Shown here in pieces: positions 32,598-45,984 of a stretch of 52,773 nt of DNA (its first letter is position 1; each line of letters starts with the position of its first letter). The position numbers and the translations under genes are program-made. This stretch comes from an uncultured Nitrososphaeraceae archaeon (GTDB lineage: Archaea; Thermoproteota; Nitrososphaeria; Nitrososphaerales; Nitrososphaeraceae), in the NCBI GenBank assembly GCA_963825865.1, contig CAWGVG010000042.1:1-52773 (forward strand), written 5' to 3'. The notes under the pieces were generated by a model. The model did no database searches. It was not told the DNA's origin and was given only the letters and a program-made list of their open reading frames with translations.

Positions 32598-33566
32598 ATG
32601 CCTGAAGAAATAATATCAGTTACCCCAAAGCTCATCCGAGAGATTTTACCTCCACGTCTAGTATACTCGAAAAAAGGAGACAACGGCATAGTCCTTGTCA
32701 TTGGCGGAAGTGGAATCTATCACGGTGCACCATTGCTTAGCACCTTAGCTGCTTTGAGATCGGGAGTTGATCTTGTTTATACAGCAGTTCCAAAGTCAAA
32801 TGTTGCACCTCTGAGATCTTTCTCCCCTAATGTCATAGCCTTGCCTTTTCCTAATGACAGATTTACCAGGGGATCTGCTAAGCAGTTGCTAAAAATGCTC
32901 CCAAAGAAACCAGATGTTGTTGCTATAGGAATGGGTATGGCTATAGAAAAGCCAGCATCTTTGGTATATATGGTAAAAGAATTAAAAAACATGGGAACAA
33001 AGTTACTGTTAGATGCTTCTGCTCTTATACCAGAAATTCTTGATCATATATCTGGAACTGATACAATTGTCACTCCACACTTTGGAGAGTACAAAAGACT
33101 ATTTCAAAAGGAGAAGAATTATGGTGATGAGATAATGGATCAACAACAACAACTACAATACAGGAACAAGCATCAAATGCATACAACTTGGCAAAAAAGT
33201 ATGGCATCACAATAATTCTCAAAGGATATAATAATATTATTTGTAATGGTAGCCATCCAGAGAAGCATCATGAGCAAGGAGGAGAAACCTTTAGCAGTGA
33301 TTAAGAGGACTACGCCTGCAATGACGGTAGGTGGTTGTGGCGATGTCCTATCTGGTGTAGTAGCAGGATTGCTTACAAAGATGCAAGATTCTTTTTCTGC
33401 ATCAATTGCAGGTGTTTATCTTTGTGGAATAGCAGGAAGTTTAGCATATAAAAGAGTAGGATTGCACATGGTTGCAACTGATTTGATAGAAGAATTACCT
33501 AATGCTATGAAAACATTTGACAAAATCAATTCTAAACCGCAACCTTTTTCTAAAGTGAGAGAATGA
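32598..33566 (+). CDS. nnrD: ADP/ATP-dependent NAD(P)HX dehydratase, split by frameshift(s) near 33150-33250
   Basis: KGDNGIVLVIGGS..YHGAP, LLLDASAL, TPHFGE and GGCGDVLSG motifs. Confidence 0.88.
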
Positions 33567-33768
33567 GATAGGTATAATAATAAAATCAGCTAAGAAAATT
33601 TTCAGTTTTTCTTAATAATATCCACGCAATTAGTCTTTGGCATTATCCTTTGAGAAGTATTATGAAACGCCGTACTACAATACAATCTCCAGTCAACATA
33701 ATAGAATTATACAGCTAGCTGAAGACACTATTTAACATACCATCATCATTAATTAGTTGTGCCGCCAT

Positions 33769-35900
33769 TTATGAGATAACGATTCTTGCATCAACTACTT
33801 TACATCCCTTTCCTTGCTCGAAAACTATTAGTGGATTGATTTCTATCTCTTGTATTTCGGAAAAATCTGTAACAAGTTGTGACATACGTTGTAGGCATTC
33901 AACTATGGATTCTATATCTGATGGTTCCTCTCCTCTTGCTCCTAAAAGGATCTTGTTGACTTTTGTTGATTCTATCATATGGCGTGCACCCAATTCCTTT
34001 ATTGGTGCAAGTCTGAAAGAAACATCTCTAAAGATTTCCACATATATTCCTCCTAATCCAAACATAAGCAAAGGGCCAAACTGATGGTCACGTTTCATTC
34101 CTATGATGACTTCCTTGCCGTTTCTTATGAACTCCTGAATGTTAATTCCTACTATACTTGCATCACCTTTTGCTTGTCTAACATTCCGCATTATTCTTTG
34201 AAATGCATTCCTTACTTCCTGAGCATTTTTCAAATTTAGTTCAACACCTCCGACATCAACCTTGTGCACAATATCTGGAGAAGATATTTTAGTATAACAG
34301 GATAGCCAATCTCTTCAGATAAACTTACGCAGTCATCTTCATTGGTCGCTATCTTAGATTTAGGGATCTGAAATCCATAAGATTTTACTACTTGCACTGC
34401 TTCAGCTTCATGTACATAATTTCTTCCTTTTTCCTTGACTTTAGCAAATAATGTTCTAACCTCATCTTTGGAGGCGTCAAATTGTTTGATTCCTGTCCTT
34501 GGTCTTGCTATCCAAGATCTGTATTCTTGCATAGCAACAATAGCTCTTGCTGAAGATTCAGGAAAAGAGGACCGTGGTATTTTATTTTCATCAAGTTTCG
34601 CTAAGGCATTTTCAATTCCAGAAATTGCCATCATACAAGACAAAATTGTTTTTTCTTTGAATTCCTTGTCTATCTTTATCGTGATTTCAGCCAAGGATTC
34701 CATATTAAGCATCATCTGCGGAGTAGATATAACAATGCATGAACCCACGTTCGGATCTCCAATACAGCTCTGAGTGCATTTTCATATCTCGTATGATCTG
34801 CATCGCCAATTATGTCAATTGGATTGATTAGTGATGCTGTTTTTGGAAGCATTTTTCTAAGTTCATTGATAGTCTTTTCGCTTAATTTGCTCAGCTTCAA
34901 ATTATATTTTTCTGCCGCATCTGCAACTATTATGGCAGGACCTCCTGCATTTGAAACTACTACAGTACCAACACCTCTTGGAATTGGCTGGTACACAAAC
35001 GCTATTGCATAGTCAAATAACTCTTCTAAAGTTTCAACCCTTAGGACCCCGCTCTGCGCAAAAATCGCTTTATATGTTTCTTGAGAGCCTGCTAACGCAC
35101 CTGTATGTGATGCGATAGATTTAGCTCCAATAGTGGATTCTCCTACCTTCAGTGCAAGTATAGGTTTTCTTTTCTCTATTTCTCCCGTTACATAAGAAGA
35201 AATTTCTATAAATTTTCTACCATCGACCAGATCTTCAATGTACATTAAAATGACTTCCGTAGAATCATCATTTGCAAGCATAGTAAGGAGATCATTTTCG
35301 TTCAGATCTGCCTTGTTTCCTAAACTAATCACTTTTGAGAATCCCATATTCCTCATTTTTGCATATTCGAGCATAGCGACACAAATTGCGCCACTCTGAG
35401 AAACAAGTGCTATGTTACCAGACTTTGGCATTCCTTTGGTAAAACTTGCATTTAACGAAACATTTGGATCTGTATTGATAAATCCAATGCAGTTTGGTCC
35501 TATTAATCTCATCCATGATCTTTGGCAATTCTTTTTATCTGATCTTCGAGTATCTTGCCTTGTTCACCTGTTTCTTTGAATCCACTGAAATTATGACTGC
35601 GGCCTTTACCCCTTTCTTACCACAGTCTTCCGTTACTTGAGGCACAATACTGCTTGGAGTAATTATTACTGCAAGATCGATAGGGTAGCCTATATCAAGT
35701 ATATTTTTGTAACACTTTAAACCGATTATTGTATCACTTGAAGGATTAACAGGATATAATTTGCCCGTAAAACCTCCAGACAAGATATTAGCTATAACAG
35801 CATTGCCAACGCTGCCTTCTCTATTTGATGCACCTATAATCGCCACACTTGTAGGAGAGAATATATTTTCAACAGTCATAGATAGATAAGACAATCCCAT
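33769..35900 (-). CDS. ADP-forming acyl-CoA synthetase (fused alpha-beta), split into four ORFs by three frameshifts
   Basis: SPTSVAIIGAS, IGPNCIG, SQSGA, ASHTGALAGS (phospho-His), NPIDIIGDA, GPLLMFGLGGIYVE, EINPL and VDARI motifs. Confidence 0.9.
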
Positions 35901-36736
35901 AGTATAAATTAGTTAGATAAAACTAGGATTTGAGTTCCAAATTGTTATCTTTAAATTTTGCTCTTTTTCCGTCTATGCTCAAGATTTTAAGGCTCAACTT
36001 TATACACATGCGGAAGTTTCTGATAAAAGATGGCAAGAAAATCGATAGAGGATCTGGATAGAAATAAAGATACTGAACCATTAATGGATCTTATGTATAG
36101 CATTGACACAAGCCACAAGGGCTATTACATGCCGGGATAATATCTCAAATACCTAACTGATATTCCGTATATACCTAGAAAAGACAGGGAAAAGAATAAG
36201 TTCAATCTGTTTTAATTTAATTAATATGATGGACTACTCCATAGTCTAACATACAACACTTATAATAATCTTCGAATATCTTGACATGTTCCCGAATATA
36301 ACCATGCTTGTTTATCTCTACGATGATTTTTACACATAACAAACCAGTATCCTCTATCTCTGTATCTATTTTCTTCTTGTACACATTCACAAAACCTTTT
36401 ATTGATTTGAATAACTTCTACTGTTGCCAATCTAATAATCGGCTAGAATAATGTAGAAGGCTAGCTATAGCTTTTTGCATTATTCTATTCTATTTATGAT
36501 TCATTCCTTCTAGCTGTATAGAATAGAGGCAAGTAAATATTATATTTTTGCTTCTTTACTTTTTACTTTTAGCAAATGGGACAAAATCTTTTTCTGAAAT
36601 TCGAATACTGCCGTATTCTCCTCCTGACGTGTTTATTCCTCCATTCTGATTAACTAATCGGTCCTTGATAATTTGGCTATACCTACTTAATAGGGTAGTT
36701 AAAAATATTCAAAGGATAATTATTTTTGCTTACTTA

Positions 36737-36949
36737 TTAAGTATCATTTGAAAATATTTTTGGAAAGATCAACTGAAGTATCGTAATTACTACAGGAAAT
36801 ATAGCCGTCAGAATTATTATAGCATCTTTTATTTTACCTCTTAGTTGTTTTTTCACCAAAAATTGCTCCTTATCAGGAAGTTTTATAATATTAGCTAGGC
36901 AACTAATTGGTTTTAATTTATCATTATCTTTGAAAAATGCAGTTATCAA
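36737..36949 (-). pseudogene. C-terminal fragment paralogous to the membrane protein at 39008-39826
   Basis: NDKLKPI...EQFL.K..L..KIK...TM helix shared between the two. Confidence 0.65.
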
Positions 36950-37927
36950 ATTTTCAGTTCACGTATAGAATAATTGATCCTATAAGAGAGATTGTGTTGC
37001 ATATTGCATATAACATCTACATAGATATGAGAAGTAGAATCCACCATTAACAAATCATAACTTTATTTTAGAAATTGATTTAACAAATTCCATGATATGT
37101 GTATGCACACCATATAACTGGCGTTAAATGGTATCAAGATCTCAAGAATAGACTCTCAACAACTTCAAGTAATTGAATATCTTAAGGAAAAATTTAATCT
37201 AACACTATCAAACAGCCCATTACAGCAGAATCTATTTGAAAAATTCACTGAAGAAAAGGGAATACATTGTGCATTTTCTCCATTTGGAACTCTAGACTGG
37301 ATGAGGTGTAATTCTTCTTCTATTGCAAAAGATTATGAATCTAGGACACAGAATATTGTTGAGAATATTCAAAAGCAGATTTCCGAATTAGTTAATAAGG
37401 TAGACATACAGATTAACCAATTAAATAATACAATAAGTAGTACTAATAGCGAAATAGAACATCTTCGATATTTATCACATTTTGGCATCAACGCTTCAAA
37501 CTTGAGAAGTTTCTTTATTGATTCTAAAAACAATCTAATAGCGATGCATAAATATCTAAATGGTATTGACGAGTCATTAAATAATTTTTCGTTTTATCAG
37601 TTTCAAGGTTATTCCAAAGTCCTCCTTCAACAAGAATTCGAACGTAAATTAGAAGCAGCAATAAACACATTACAAATAGCAGAACAATCCGTTTCCGTTG
37701 GGTAACGTGATCACTCCGTATCGTGTAATTATCCCTCTCCGCTTCTATCTTTTCTATAAGTTCTATTCCTTTTCCCCTTGGTTAGAGTTTTAGACAAGTA
37801 ATAGATAGCATATGGCCATAGATAAGAACAATAACAGAAGACTCTGCTTCTCACTACTGTAGATCTTTCGTTTAAAAGTAATATCTCACAATAAAAATCA
37901 TAAATAGGCTAAAATAAAAGACCAATA

Positions 37928-38218
37928 ATGATAGACACTTCCCAATCACAAAGGGGAGGGGAAGCAGGATGGCGAGGATTAGATTACCAGAAAAAATTTA
38001 TCGCATATCTATCGCTTGAGATGTTATTACAAAATCAATCAATAAAGAAAATTACATGCGAGTATTTAGATGACATAGAAGTAGAAGAACAGTCAAAACT
38101 ATTATACTATCAGGTAAAATCGACTACTAATACCATTTTACCCAAATCTGATATCATTGACAGCTTTAAGTTATTTTCGTCAATCGAATCGAGGAATGAG
38201 AAATCGAGATACAACTGA
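37928..38218 (+). pseudogene. Cap4/DUF4297-like dsDNA nuclease domain, 3'-truncated
   Basis: GG..GWRGLDYQ, EYLDDIEV and YYQVKS (PD-(D/E)xK variant QxK). Confidence 0.75.
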
Positions 38219-38460
38219 TGACCAACAGTAGGTTCAGGATCACCCGCTATTCCCTTGCCATTTTCAAACATATCATAGCACTCGTTGCAAACCTTCTTGG
38301 TACGTTTCCCCTTGTGGTGACACTTTCCATCGGGGAAGTCCTTAGCTGATGGACATTCACCAAATCCATGAAAGGCATGTTTCAACACTATCTCTAACGG
38401 CTTACCCTTCCTTATGGAATTATGACACCCTGGCATCTGGCATTTATTATAACGTGTCAT
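38110..38460 (-). CDS. Small Cys/His-rich putative zinc-binding protein
   Basis: CQMPGC, C..C and CNEC motifs; start overlaps the methyltransferase stop (ATGA coupling). The 3' part overlaps the nuclease remnant. Confidence 0.5.
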   Translation of the reverse strand: MTRYNKCQMPGCHNSIRKGKPLEIVLKHAFHGFGECPSAKDFPDGKCHHKGKRTKKVCNECYDMFENGKGIAGDPEPTVGHQLYLDFSFLDSIDENNLKLSMISDLGKMVLVVDFT

Positions 38461-38939
38461 CTTCTTGCTTCAACTCCCCCTCTAAAAATACACACTAACG
38501 ACGGAGCTGAAGATTTTGTACCTTCAAACCGTAGTCTACCCTTTAAAAAACGATGTTCGATATTTGGATCTTGATTTTTAATATTATTATTATTATTATT
38601 ATTGCCATTATTATTATTATAGATATACGCATGAAACCATCGAGTATCCGTACGTGAAGGTAACAACATCACAATTGTCACGCCGTATTTCACCGAGTCT
38701 AAATATCCTTTCCTAACCCATTCCCCAATTTTTAAACCGTATGGTGGATTACAGAATGTTGCATTCTTATTCCAAGGTTTTGACAAAGCATCGTCTTCCT
38801 CTGTGTAAAAATATTTAGTTCCTAGTGGATTGTCTTTGGTAGTTGCCGCGTCTAATTGGAAGTGGAATTCTGCATCTAGTTCTTCATAGAGGCGCTTTGG
38901 TGTCCTATAGTCTTTTGAACCACTGGAGAGTCTAAGCAT
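38457..38939 (-). CDS. Phage-type DNA N6-adenine methyltransferase with poly-Asn insert
   Basis: TP..LY..LD.EF.F.LDAA, FCNPPY, LLPSRTDTRWFH and FLKGRLRF motifs. Confidence 0.9.
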   Translation of the reverse strand: MLRLSSGSKDYRTPKRLYEELDAEFHFQLDAATTKDNPLGTKYFYTEEDDALSKPWNKNATFCNPPYGLKIGEWVRKGYLDSVKYGVTIVMLLPSRTDTRWFHAYIYNNNNGNNNNNNNIKNQDPNIEHRFLKGRLRFEGTKSSAPSLVCIFRGGVEARR

Positions 38940-39007
38940 CCATATAATAAAAAATGATCTATCTAAATATTGATAAGTCTGCGAATGAATATTAGAGGTT
39001 AAAATAA

Positions 39008-39826
39008 TTGGCTTCAGCTATTATCATTCCGTTATTTATATTAATTATTCTGCCATCATTTTATTATATTAGTGTCCCCTTTTTTATTAATTATCTCCAA
39101 ATAGAAGTAAATTATACGGCTGGCTTTTATTCTGAACTCGTTATAATTCTGATCATTTTAATTTACAGTCTGCTACCAGCTACTTTGTCAGCTAAAAAGC
39201 ATTTTAAAATAAGAACCTTTGAAAAGTACGTTATCGAATTTGGCTTTTTAAAAAAGTCGATGTATATTGGTATTCCTTTACTTATTGCTATATATACATA
39301 TGTAGGAGTATATTCTGCGCCATATAATCCAGAAAACCCAGACTACTCTTATACTTTATTGGGGGGACTACTCTTAATTGTAGGCAGTACATTTTTAAGG
39401 ATTATTTCAAATATTTCACAAACCAATTTTAGATTTTATTATGCAAGAGGGTGTTTTCACCTTATGTCAAAAGAGACAGATGAAACCAATAAAATGAATT
39501 ATTTTATTATGGCATTAAATTCATACAATAAATATCTAAAAAGGAATCTAAAGCTTCATATCAGCAATATTAATAATATCTATTCTAAAATCATTTCCGA
39601 TTCCATTGTCGACAAATACGAATTAATAAAATCAATATCTACTGCCTTTGAAAGTAATGATAAATTAAAACCGATCAAATACATATCAGCATTTTTGGAT
39701 GCTAAAAATACAGAACAATTTTTGACTAAAGAACCATTAGGAGATAAAATTAAAGAATGGGGAACCTTCTTGGCAGTAATAATTCCGATAATGATTTCAA
39801 TTATTCAGTTGCTTAAAGCATCTTAA
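39008..39826 (+). CDS. Multi-pass membrane protein of unknown function
   Basis: Four N-terminal hydrophobic helices, a soluble helical domain and a C-terminal TM helix. Confidence 0.7.
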   Translation: MASAIIIPLFILIILPSFYYISVPFFINYLQIEVNYTAGFYSELVIILIILIYSLLPATLSAKKHFKIRTFEKYVIEFGFLKKSMYIGIPLLIAIYTYVGVYSAPYNPENPDYSYTLLGGLLLIVGSTFLRIISNISQTNFRFYYARGCFHLMSKETDETNKMNYFIMALNSYNKYLKRNLKLHISNINNIYSKIISDSIVDKYELIKSISTAFESNDKLKPIKYISAFLDAKNTEQFLTKEPLGDKIKEWGTFLAVIIPIMISIIQLLKAS

Positions 39827-40562
39827 GATAGATTCGAATATATAGACTATAATGTTTATTGAATCACTATTTCTCTGCAGTGCTAAAAGGCTGGATTGAT
39901 GATAGATAGAACGTCCAAAAATGCAATCTAAGCATAGATGGTTTCTGGATTTGTGCTCACTATGTATTGTTATTTTCATTTGGTGGATTCGTTCGGTATA
40001 TCGTATTTCCTTACTTGTTTAATACCATATTCCTACATAGAATATATTATCTCGTTCAAATATTTTTAACCCTTCAGGTTTAAGGAATATTTCTCAGTAA
40101 TTCATTCAAGCAACAAACCTATACTCCTTGGCATATTGATGAAGTTAAATGGCAGCCCGCCATGTAGGATATCTATTCTGACAAGAATGTAGGTATAGCC
40201 ATATAGTCAGCTAGAAGAGGTTAGTGAAAGTTTCGTAAACAACAAAGAAGATGTAATAGGGATTGCCACAGTCGAATTATATAGATTATAAAAAAGATTT
40301 GTCAGCGCTTTTAGTATATTTGATGCATTTAAATGTAAAAGATTACCATTTCAACATGAGGTAGAATTAAGAACTTTCCACCTATTGCAACCTCTTATAG
40401 AAGATTGTTTCTTCTTCTATTTTATCTCTATAGCAAATGCATAAAGCTACATCCGTTCTGTATAATGAAATATATTAGAGAGAAAAATAGAAGCATATTC
40501 CCGGCGTGAAAATCCGAGATAGCAGATTTCCCTTCATAAAACAGGCCCAGATAAACATGAAA

Positions 40563-41013
40563 ATGAGTCATAAAGATAAGGTTGAATGGAGAAGAGATCA
40601 AGTTCAGGCACTCGACTAAAGGACATCACAGCCATCGAGAAATATATCAAGTATTTTACGGATACCTAAATCAACCATTAAGTAGAGACATATCTATCTA
40701 AACGAGAATGCAAAGGATAGTATCAGGAAATACATTGACCAAAATCTGCCAGAAGAATACGAGAAGTGTCTGGTTGGAGTAATGGCTATTTGAAGAAGAG
40801 CGTGGAATAGTTCTCAAACGACAGAAGATAACAAGGAAAAGATTCAAGCACTATCGTTGGCAAAGGAATGCTATTTGATGAAATGGATTTACTTAGTAAT
40901 GCAACTGTAGTAAAAGATGCTATGAAGTTTGTATCAGAACATAAAAATAAGAAAGGAGTGAAAGAAAAAGATAGTTCTTCAGTAGTAGCAGTAGGCCATT
41001 GCATCTGTATATG
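40563..41013 (+). pseudogene. Degenerate paralog of the HTH protein at 52179
   Basis: EWRR...IRKYIDQNLPEEYEKCLVG...KIQALSLAKEC...DLLSNATVV matches 52179-52679. Confidence 0.85.
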
Positions 41014-41232
41014 AATATCGTTCCTGTCAACTACTCTACAAAACATAGATTGATGTTAGGCAATGTGCGCAAATGGATTGATAAAGGACACGTTGCAATA
41101 GATCCTGATTTATTTCCAGAACTGTTAACAAATCGAGAATTGCAACAAGTGATGAAAGATGTCACTTGATAAAACTGAGTATTCAATGGACTTGTTAGAT
41201 AGCCTTAGACTTTCGATGGAATATATCGTTTA
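41014..41232 (+). pseudogene. Possible terminase large subunit C-terminal remnant
   Basis: MLGNVRKWIDKGHVAIDPDLFPELL...LDKTEYSMDLLDSLRL resembles the RNase H-like terminase nuclease end. Confidence 0.45.
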
Positions 41233-41925
41233 TTGATATTGAAAGTATTATTAAATTGGATTGAATTGGAAGAAACATCCAAACAAACAAAGATCAAGGA
41301 CTTCGAACAATATCAAAATAATAAGAATAAGGATAAGATAGTAGATTACTTTATGAAAGTAAAAGTAAATTCGTCGATCCCTATCATAGTTGATAAAACA
41401 GTCAGTAATACTTTCCATAACATATCATCACATAGTTTAGGATTGAACCCGCTTACGTAATGGGCTCAAGCAGATATGAATCCTTTCGTGGAATTTCTTA
41501 GGACCATCTATCAAAGTATAGTTGTCTTATAAACTGCTTATTCTCGTCATAACAATACAGCTAACAAGTTGTATCAACAAATACATTGGGTGTTGTAGTA
41601 TTGTTTCATTATTCACGGTCACATGGACAGTTAAGTATCAAATTATTCATCTACAAATATGGTCATACTCATGATAAGATGGAAGGTGTTTTGTAGACCT
41701 AAAATAAGATACTTAACTTATTCTAATTCCTGTTTTACCATCTTGCCAATCTTTAGAATATGCGGTGATTAATGCATGCTCCCAACTTCCCACATAACAA
41801 GGGTTCTTAAATCCATTTATATAGCATAATATGTCCAATCATACAAGGGTAATGTCGTAATATGGCTCACTCCAATCGTCCCCTGACCTCTCGTGAGTTA
41901 AAATCATGCTCCACCTAACCATTTC

Positions 41926-42678
41926 ATGAATAGAAGGAAAGGAATAAAGGAACTCTCAGGCATTATCGAAAGCATAATTGAAAGACAAAGTGGAAAATTC
42001 GAGGCGCATAATAAAGACAATGAAGAAGAAAGGAGAACATGGTTTTTAGATACCAATGCATGTGAACTCTATTGTGATAAGAAATTCCTGCTTAGAATAA
42101 GAAAAGAGAAGGAATCAGGAATCTACGATGTCACATTGAAATGTAGACATCCGGACAGATATGTCTGTGCTTTATATAATATTTCGAGACCAGAAGACGC
42201 CGAACCGAAATTCGAGAATCACTTCAATACCAAATTCGAGAAGGATATAATGACTGACAAGATGACTGATGGAAGGATTACTTCAATCAGCAAGTTTTCT
42301 TTGTCAGCCTCACTAGAGGGTAAACAAATACCAGACTTTAAGACAATCAAAAATCTCGTATCTATCTTTCCTAATCTTGAATTAGGAGGAATTGATTCTA
42401 ATGAACCACTCACGATAGTAAATAATTTCAAAGCTATTGAAATTTCATCAAAGATTGGAACGTTCACATTTTCAAACGACGAGACGGACGTCGAGGCGGA
42501 GCTTAACCTATGGTATTCGCCATCTCAGGAAGAGCCCCGTATTATAGAATTCACATTTAAGTATAAAGCAACGAAGCAAGACAAAGACAAAGACAAAGAT
42601 AAGGAAATGTTAGAAAAATATCCAAAAAAACTGGTCTTAGGAGCGAGCAAATTTTACGAGTCATTGCAAAAACAATGA
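41926..42678 (+). CDS. CYTH/triphosphate-tunnel-like protein (ends probably frameshifted)
   Basis: WFLDT, LLRIR, DVTLKCR and IIEFTFK strands typical of the CYTH superfamily. Confidence 0.55.
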   Translation: MNRRKGIKELSGIIESIIERQSGKFEAHNKDNEEERRTWFLDTNACELYCDKKFLLRIRKEKESGIYDVTLKCRHPDRYVCALYNISRPEDAEPKFENHFNTKFEKDIMTDKMTDGRITSISKFSLSASLEGKQIPDFKTIKNLVSIFPNLELGGIDSNEPLTIVNNFKAIEISSKIGTFTFSNDETDVEAELNLWYSPSQEEPRIIEFTFKYKATKQDKDKDKDKEMLEKYPKKLVLGASKFYESLQKQ

Positions 42679-43989
42679 TATTGTAGATCTGGACACTACA
42701 CGAACAAAAATACTTTGTATATAAAAAAAGTGTAAGTCGTAATTGCGCTATTCACTTCATTCATTACATAATTTTTACTTCCGAAGAACGTGAATTAATA
42801 GATTTCTATTCATTACTGAAGTTCTATAAATCAAACTTATTGTTGTCTTCTCTCAAGTTCTTGCAGTCTTGCAGTTATAGCCACAAGTTAATCTGACAAG
42901 TGTGCTATTGCATAATCTTTCATTTCATGACGTCGTGTGGTATCTGCACATTATTTTTATAATTGATTGACTTTTTGAAATGTCAAACAAGGTTCATTCT
43001 TACAAAATATCTTTGCTCCCTCAATCTGTGTCGAGAATCACCGGAACTAGATATTACGAACTCAAACGGAATAGACCACTGGCTGGCGGTTGGTAAGTTC
43101 TTCAATGATATAATGTTCTTCTTATGACATCGTTACCTCTGGTACCACTAGTAAGTAAAGTGAAATTATTAGTAATAATATAAGAAGTAAAGCAACACAG
43201 ACAATGACAGTAATAGAGTAGAATAAAGAGAATTAGAAAAAAGTCGGAAAACAATAGACTATAAACAAGGGGAAAAAGAATTACTTGTTTTTTCTATTTC
43301 TATCTGTATATCAGTATATGAATACCAATTGCATCATGATACTTTTTTGTTTTAAGAAGATTTTGATTCCACTTCGTGATTGTAATACCTAGAAGAAAGT
43401 TTTGAAATGCTGTAAACAAAAAAGATATAGCTTATGATAGTATAATATAAACAACAAGAAGAAAAATGAATAGCTCCTCGTCATCATACCCCTCATCAAA
43501 AGTGAACAAAACTTACAGTAAAGATCCTGCTGATCTTATTACAATTAATGAAAAAGTAAATCTAACAAAGGATCAACACAAAGTTTTGAATATTATTTCT
43601 GACACATATCAAATATCTATTTCAGATATAATATGTGTGGCCATCACAGTTTCTACGAGCATGCAACCGATATCTCTCCAAGCTACGCATAGTTTTCAAC
43701 TGCAAAGTCGTGGATTTAAGCTGAACAGGCATTATCCGAAGTGATCCTTATTTTTATATCAACATAGGCCAATGAACATATAAAAAAAGTCATAAATAAA
43801 CTTTTGATATTGGCTGTTATAATTTCAAATGTCAACAGCAAATTATCTCTTTTGAAGTCATTTTTTATAAACTTCGCTTAACCGCTATATTTGGTGTAAT
43901 TACTTTTATCAATTATGGATATTCACTTCTCTTATCAGATCTTGGACTTCTATTGGTTTTTTAATAAAACATCTAACATCCAACTCCCG

Positions 43990-44350
43990 AAAGTTATTCT
44001 TTAGAATATTATAATATTCTTCGAAAGCTTCTAATAAAGCAGACTTTTTGGTAGCTTGTTACCTTGTTTTCTGTTTCATTTCTCTGTATAACTCAAACCC
44101 ATTCATTTTTGGCATTTTAATATCAAGAAGTATTAAGATCATAGCAATAATTAGCATTCATTAATGGTATATGTATACATGTTGGAATTATTAGTAATGA
44201 TATTTTTGTCTTTGAAATGAGATAATGCTTGCCACAGGATCGCTGAAAATATCATCAACCAATTGAAAATCCATTTCTTTCTAAGCCAATTTGGAATGCG
44301 CTATAAAACACTCTCTTAGGCTGCATCGTCTACAAGCAATAGTTTATAAG
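43990..44350 (-). pseudogene. Response regulator receiver remnant
   Basis: LLVDD and DIKMPKMNGFELYREMK on the minus strand, with stops and frameshifts. Confidence 0.7.
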
Positions 44351-44729
44351 ATGACCCATGTGCATTAATGTGCTTATGCATATCCTAATTATCGTTGTTC
44401 CTTTGATAACTGTCATGTGATATGAATGTTTATTGACTACATATTGAAAATTAGTCTTTGTATCAATAGCCTATATCAGATGGAAAACCGCCTATACTCA
44501 GCAATCTTTCTATTAGGAAAGTGTTCTTATCTGTTATATCTAAAACCGCATCAAAATAGATATTTGTACCATGACATTCCGATATCTTGTTTTGATTAGA
44601 AAAATCATACTGATAGGACCACCATGAAAAATAGTTTACCATTGCTGTTTTGCTGCCTGAATAAATCTCTGTTTGATTCCAGATTTTGTGTATTGCCATT
44701 AATAGCGAAGAATTGATCACGTATTTCAC

Positions 44730-45135
44730 TCAGACACATAGATCGTGTTTGTTTTTGGATTAACGGTCATGTTGGTGAATTGATTTATTCGTACCTCGTC
44801 TGGTGCCATGACATCCTTTATATTCTTTAGACTACTGCCATCTATAACAGAAACAGTATTGGGAGCCGGCATTTGCTACGTAGATTTTATTGGTATTTGG
44901 ATTGACTGCTATGTCAGTCGGATGAATACCCACCTTTGTTGCATTCCCAATAACACTATCTGTTTTGCCATCTATAACAGAAACAGTATTGGAGCCGGCA
45001 TTTGCTACGTAGATCTTGTTTGTTTGATTATTAAGTGCTATATGTCCATTTACTCCTTTTACGTTCTTCACAACTTCATTTTTATCAGCATCTATAACAG
45101 ACAAAGTATTAGACTTGGCATTTGCTACGTAAATC
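44730..45135 (-). pseudogene. YVTN beta-propeller repeat protein fragment
   Basis: Repeated KIYVANAGSNTVSVIDG units, visible as DNA repeats near 44837, 44967 and 45089. Confidence 0.85.
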
Positions 45136-45984
45136 TTTGCGTAGTTGGATTTACGAGGACTATGTATTGTGGATCATCGCCTACTTGGATATACTTTAAA
45201 GGAGAAGATCAGTGCCAGGAATGTAGGATTTATTTCGTATGCACTCCCGCCATACCTTAAATCTAATGTGTTTAGAAACAAGTTATGCGATTGTGGATCA
45301 ACCAGTTATGTCGGCCTAACGTTCTGTGTTGTAGCATAAGAGTCGGTATATAAATTTAGACTCTTAATTTCCTTTGATGGGAGGCGACAACGCTTAACTT
45401 AACAGCACCTATAGACCTATCGAAAAAATAAAGATACAGAGTGGAGTGAAATTCAATAAATATGCGAAGATAAAGTTATGACCATAAACCAATTGGAACT
45501 ATCGGTACGGCAGAGGAAGTGTAGAAAGAAAATGATAGTAAAAGGAAAAGCATACGAAGCAAATATAGTTTTGAATAAAATCGAACTAGCAAGGTGTTTT
45601 GCACTCAGAAAATATGAAATCAAAGAAGCGATAGCAGACTTACGGCGTGATAAGGTAACATTTACCCACCCAATACATCGCCCTTTGAGTATTCTATGTT
45701 AACTTCTGTCTTCAAGTCTTATCCACAATTACCCCAGAAGTTTTCAGTTCCTGTCTTCAATTTGATTTATAGCCACACTGACAGCAAAGCTTATCGACGG
45801 GACAACGACCGGTTTTTATTTCTCCTTGTATTCAAGTTCCACATACATGGCCTTTGTAGAGGTCTCTTTATGATGACATGTTTATAAGAATAATCATAAA
45901 GTTTTAAGGGTAGAATTTAAAAATACTATAAAGTACTACGTCGGTAAATTCAGGAATCTAAGATAATGAGAGCTCTCATGGACA

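Noticed and set aside
44808-45260. 150-aa + strand ORF with internal repeats
   Set aside because: Antisense shadow of the YVTN repeat gene.
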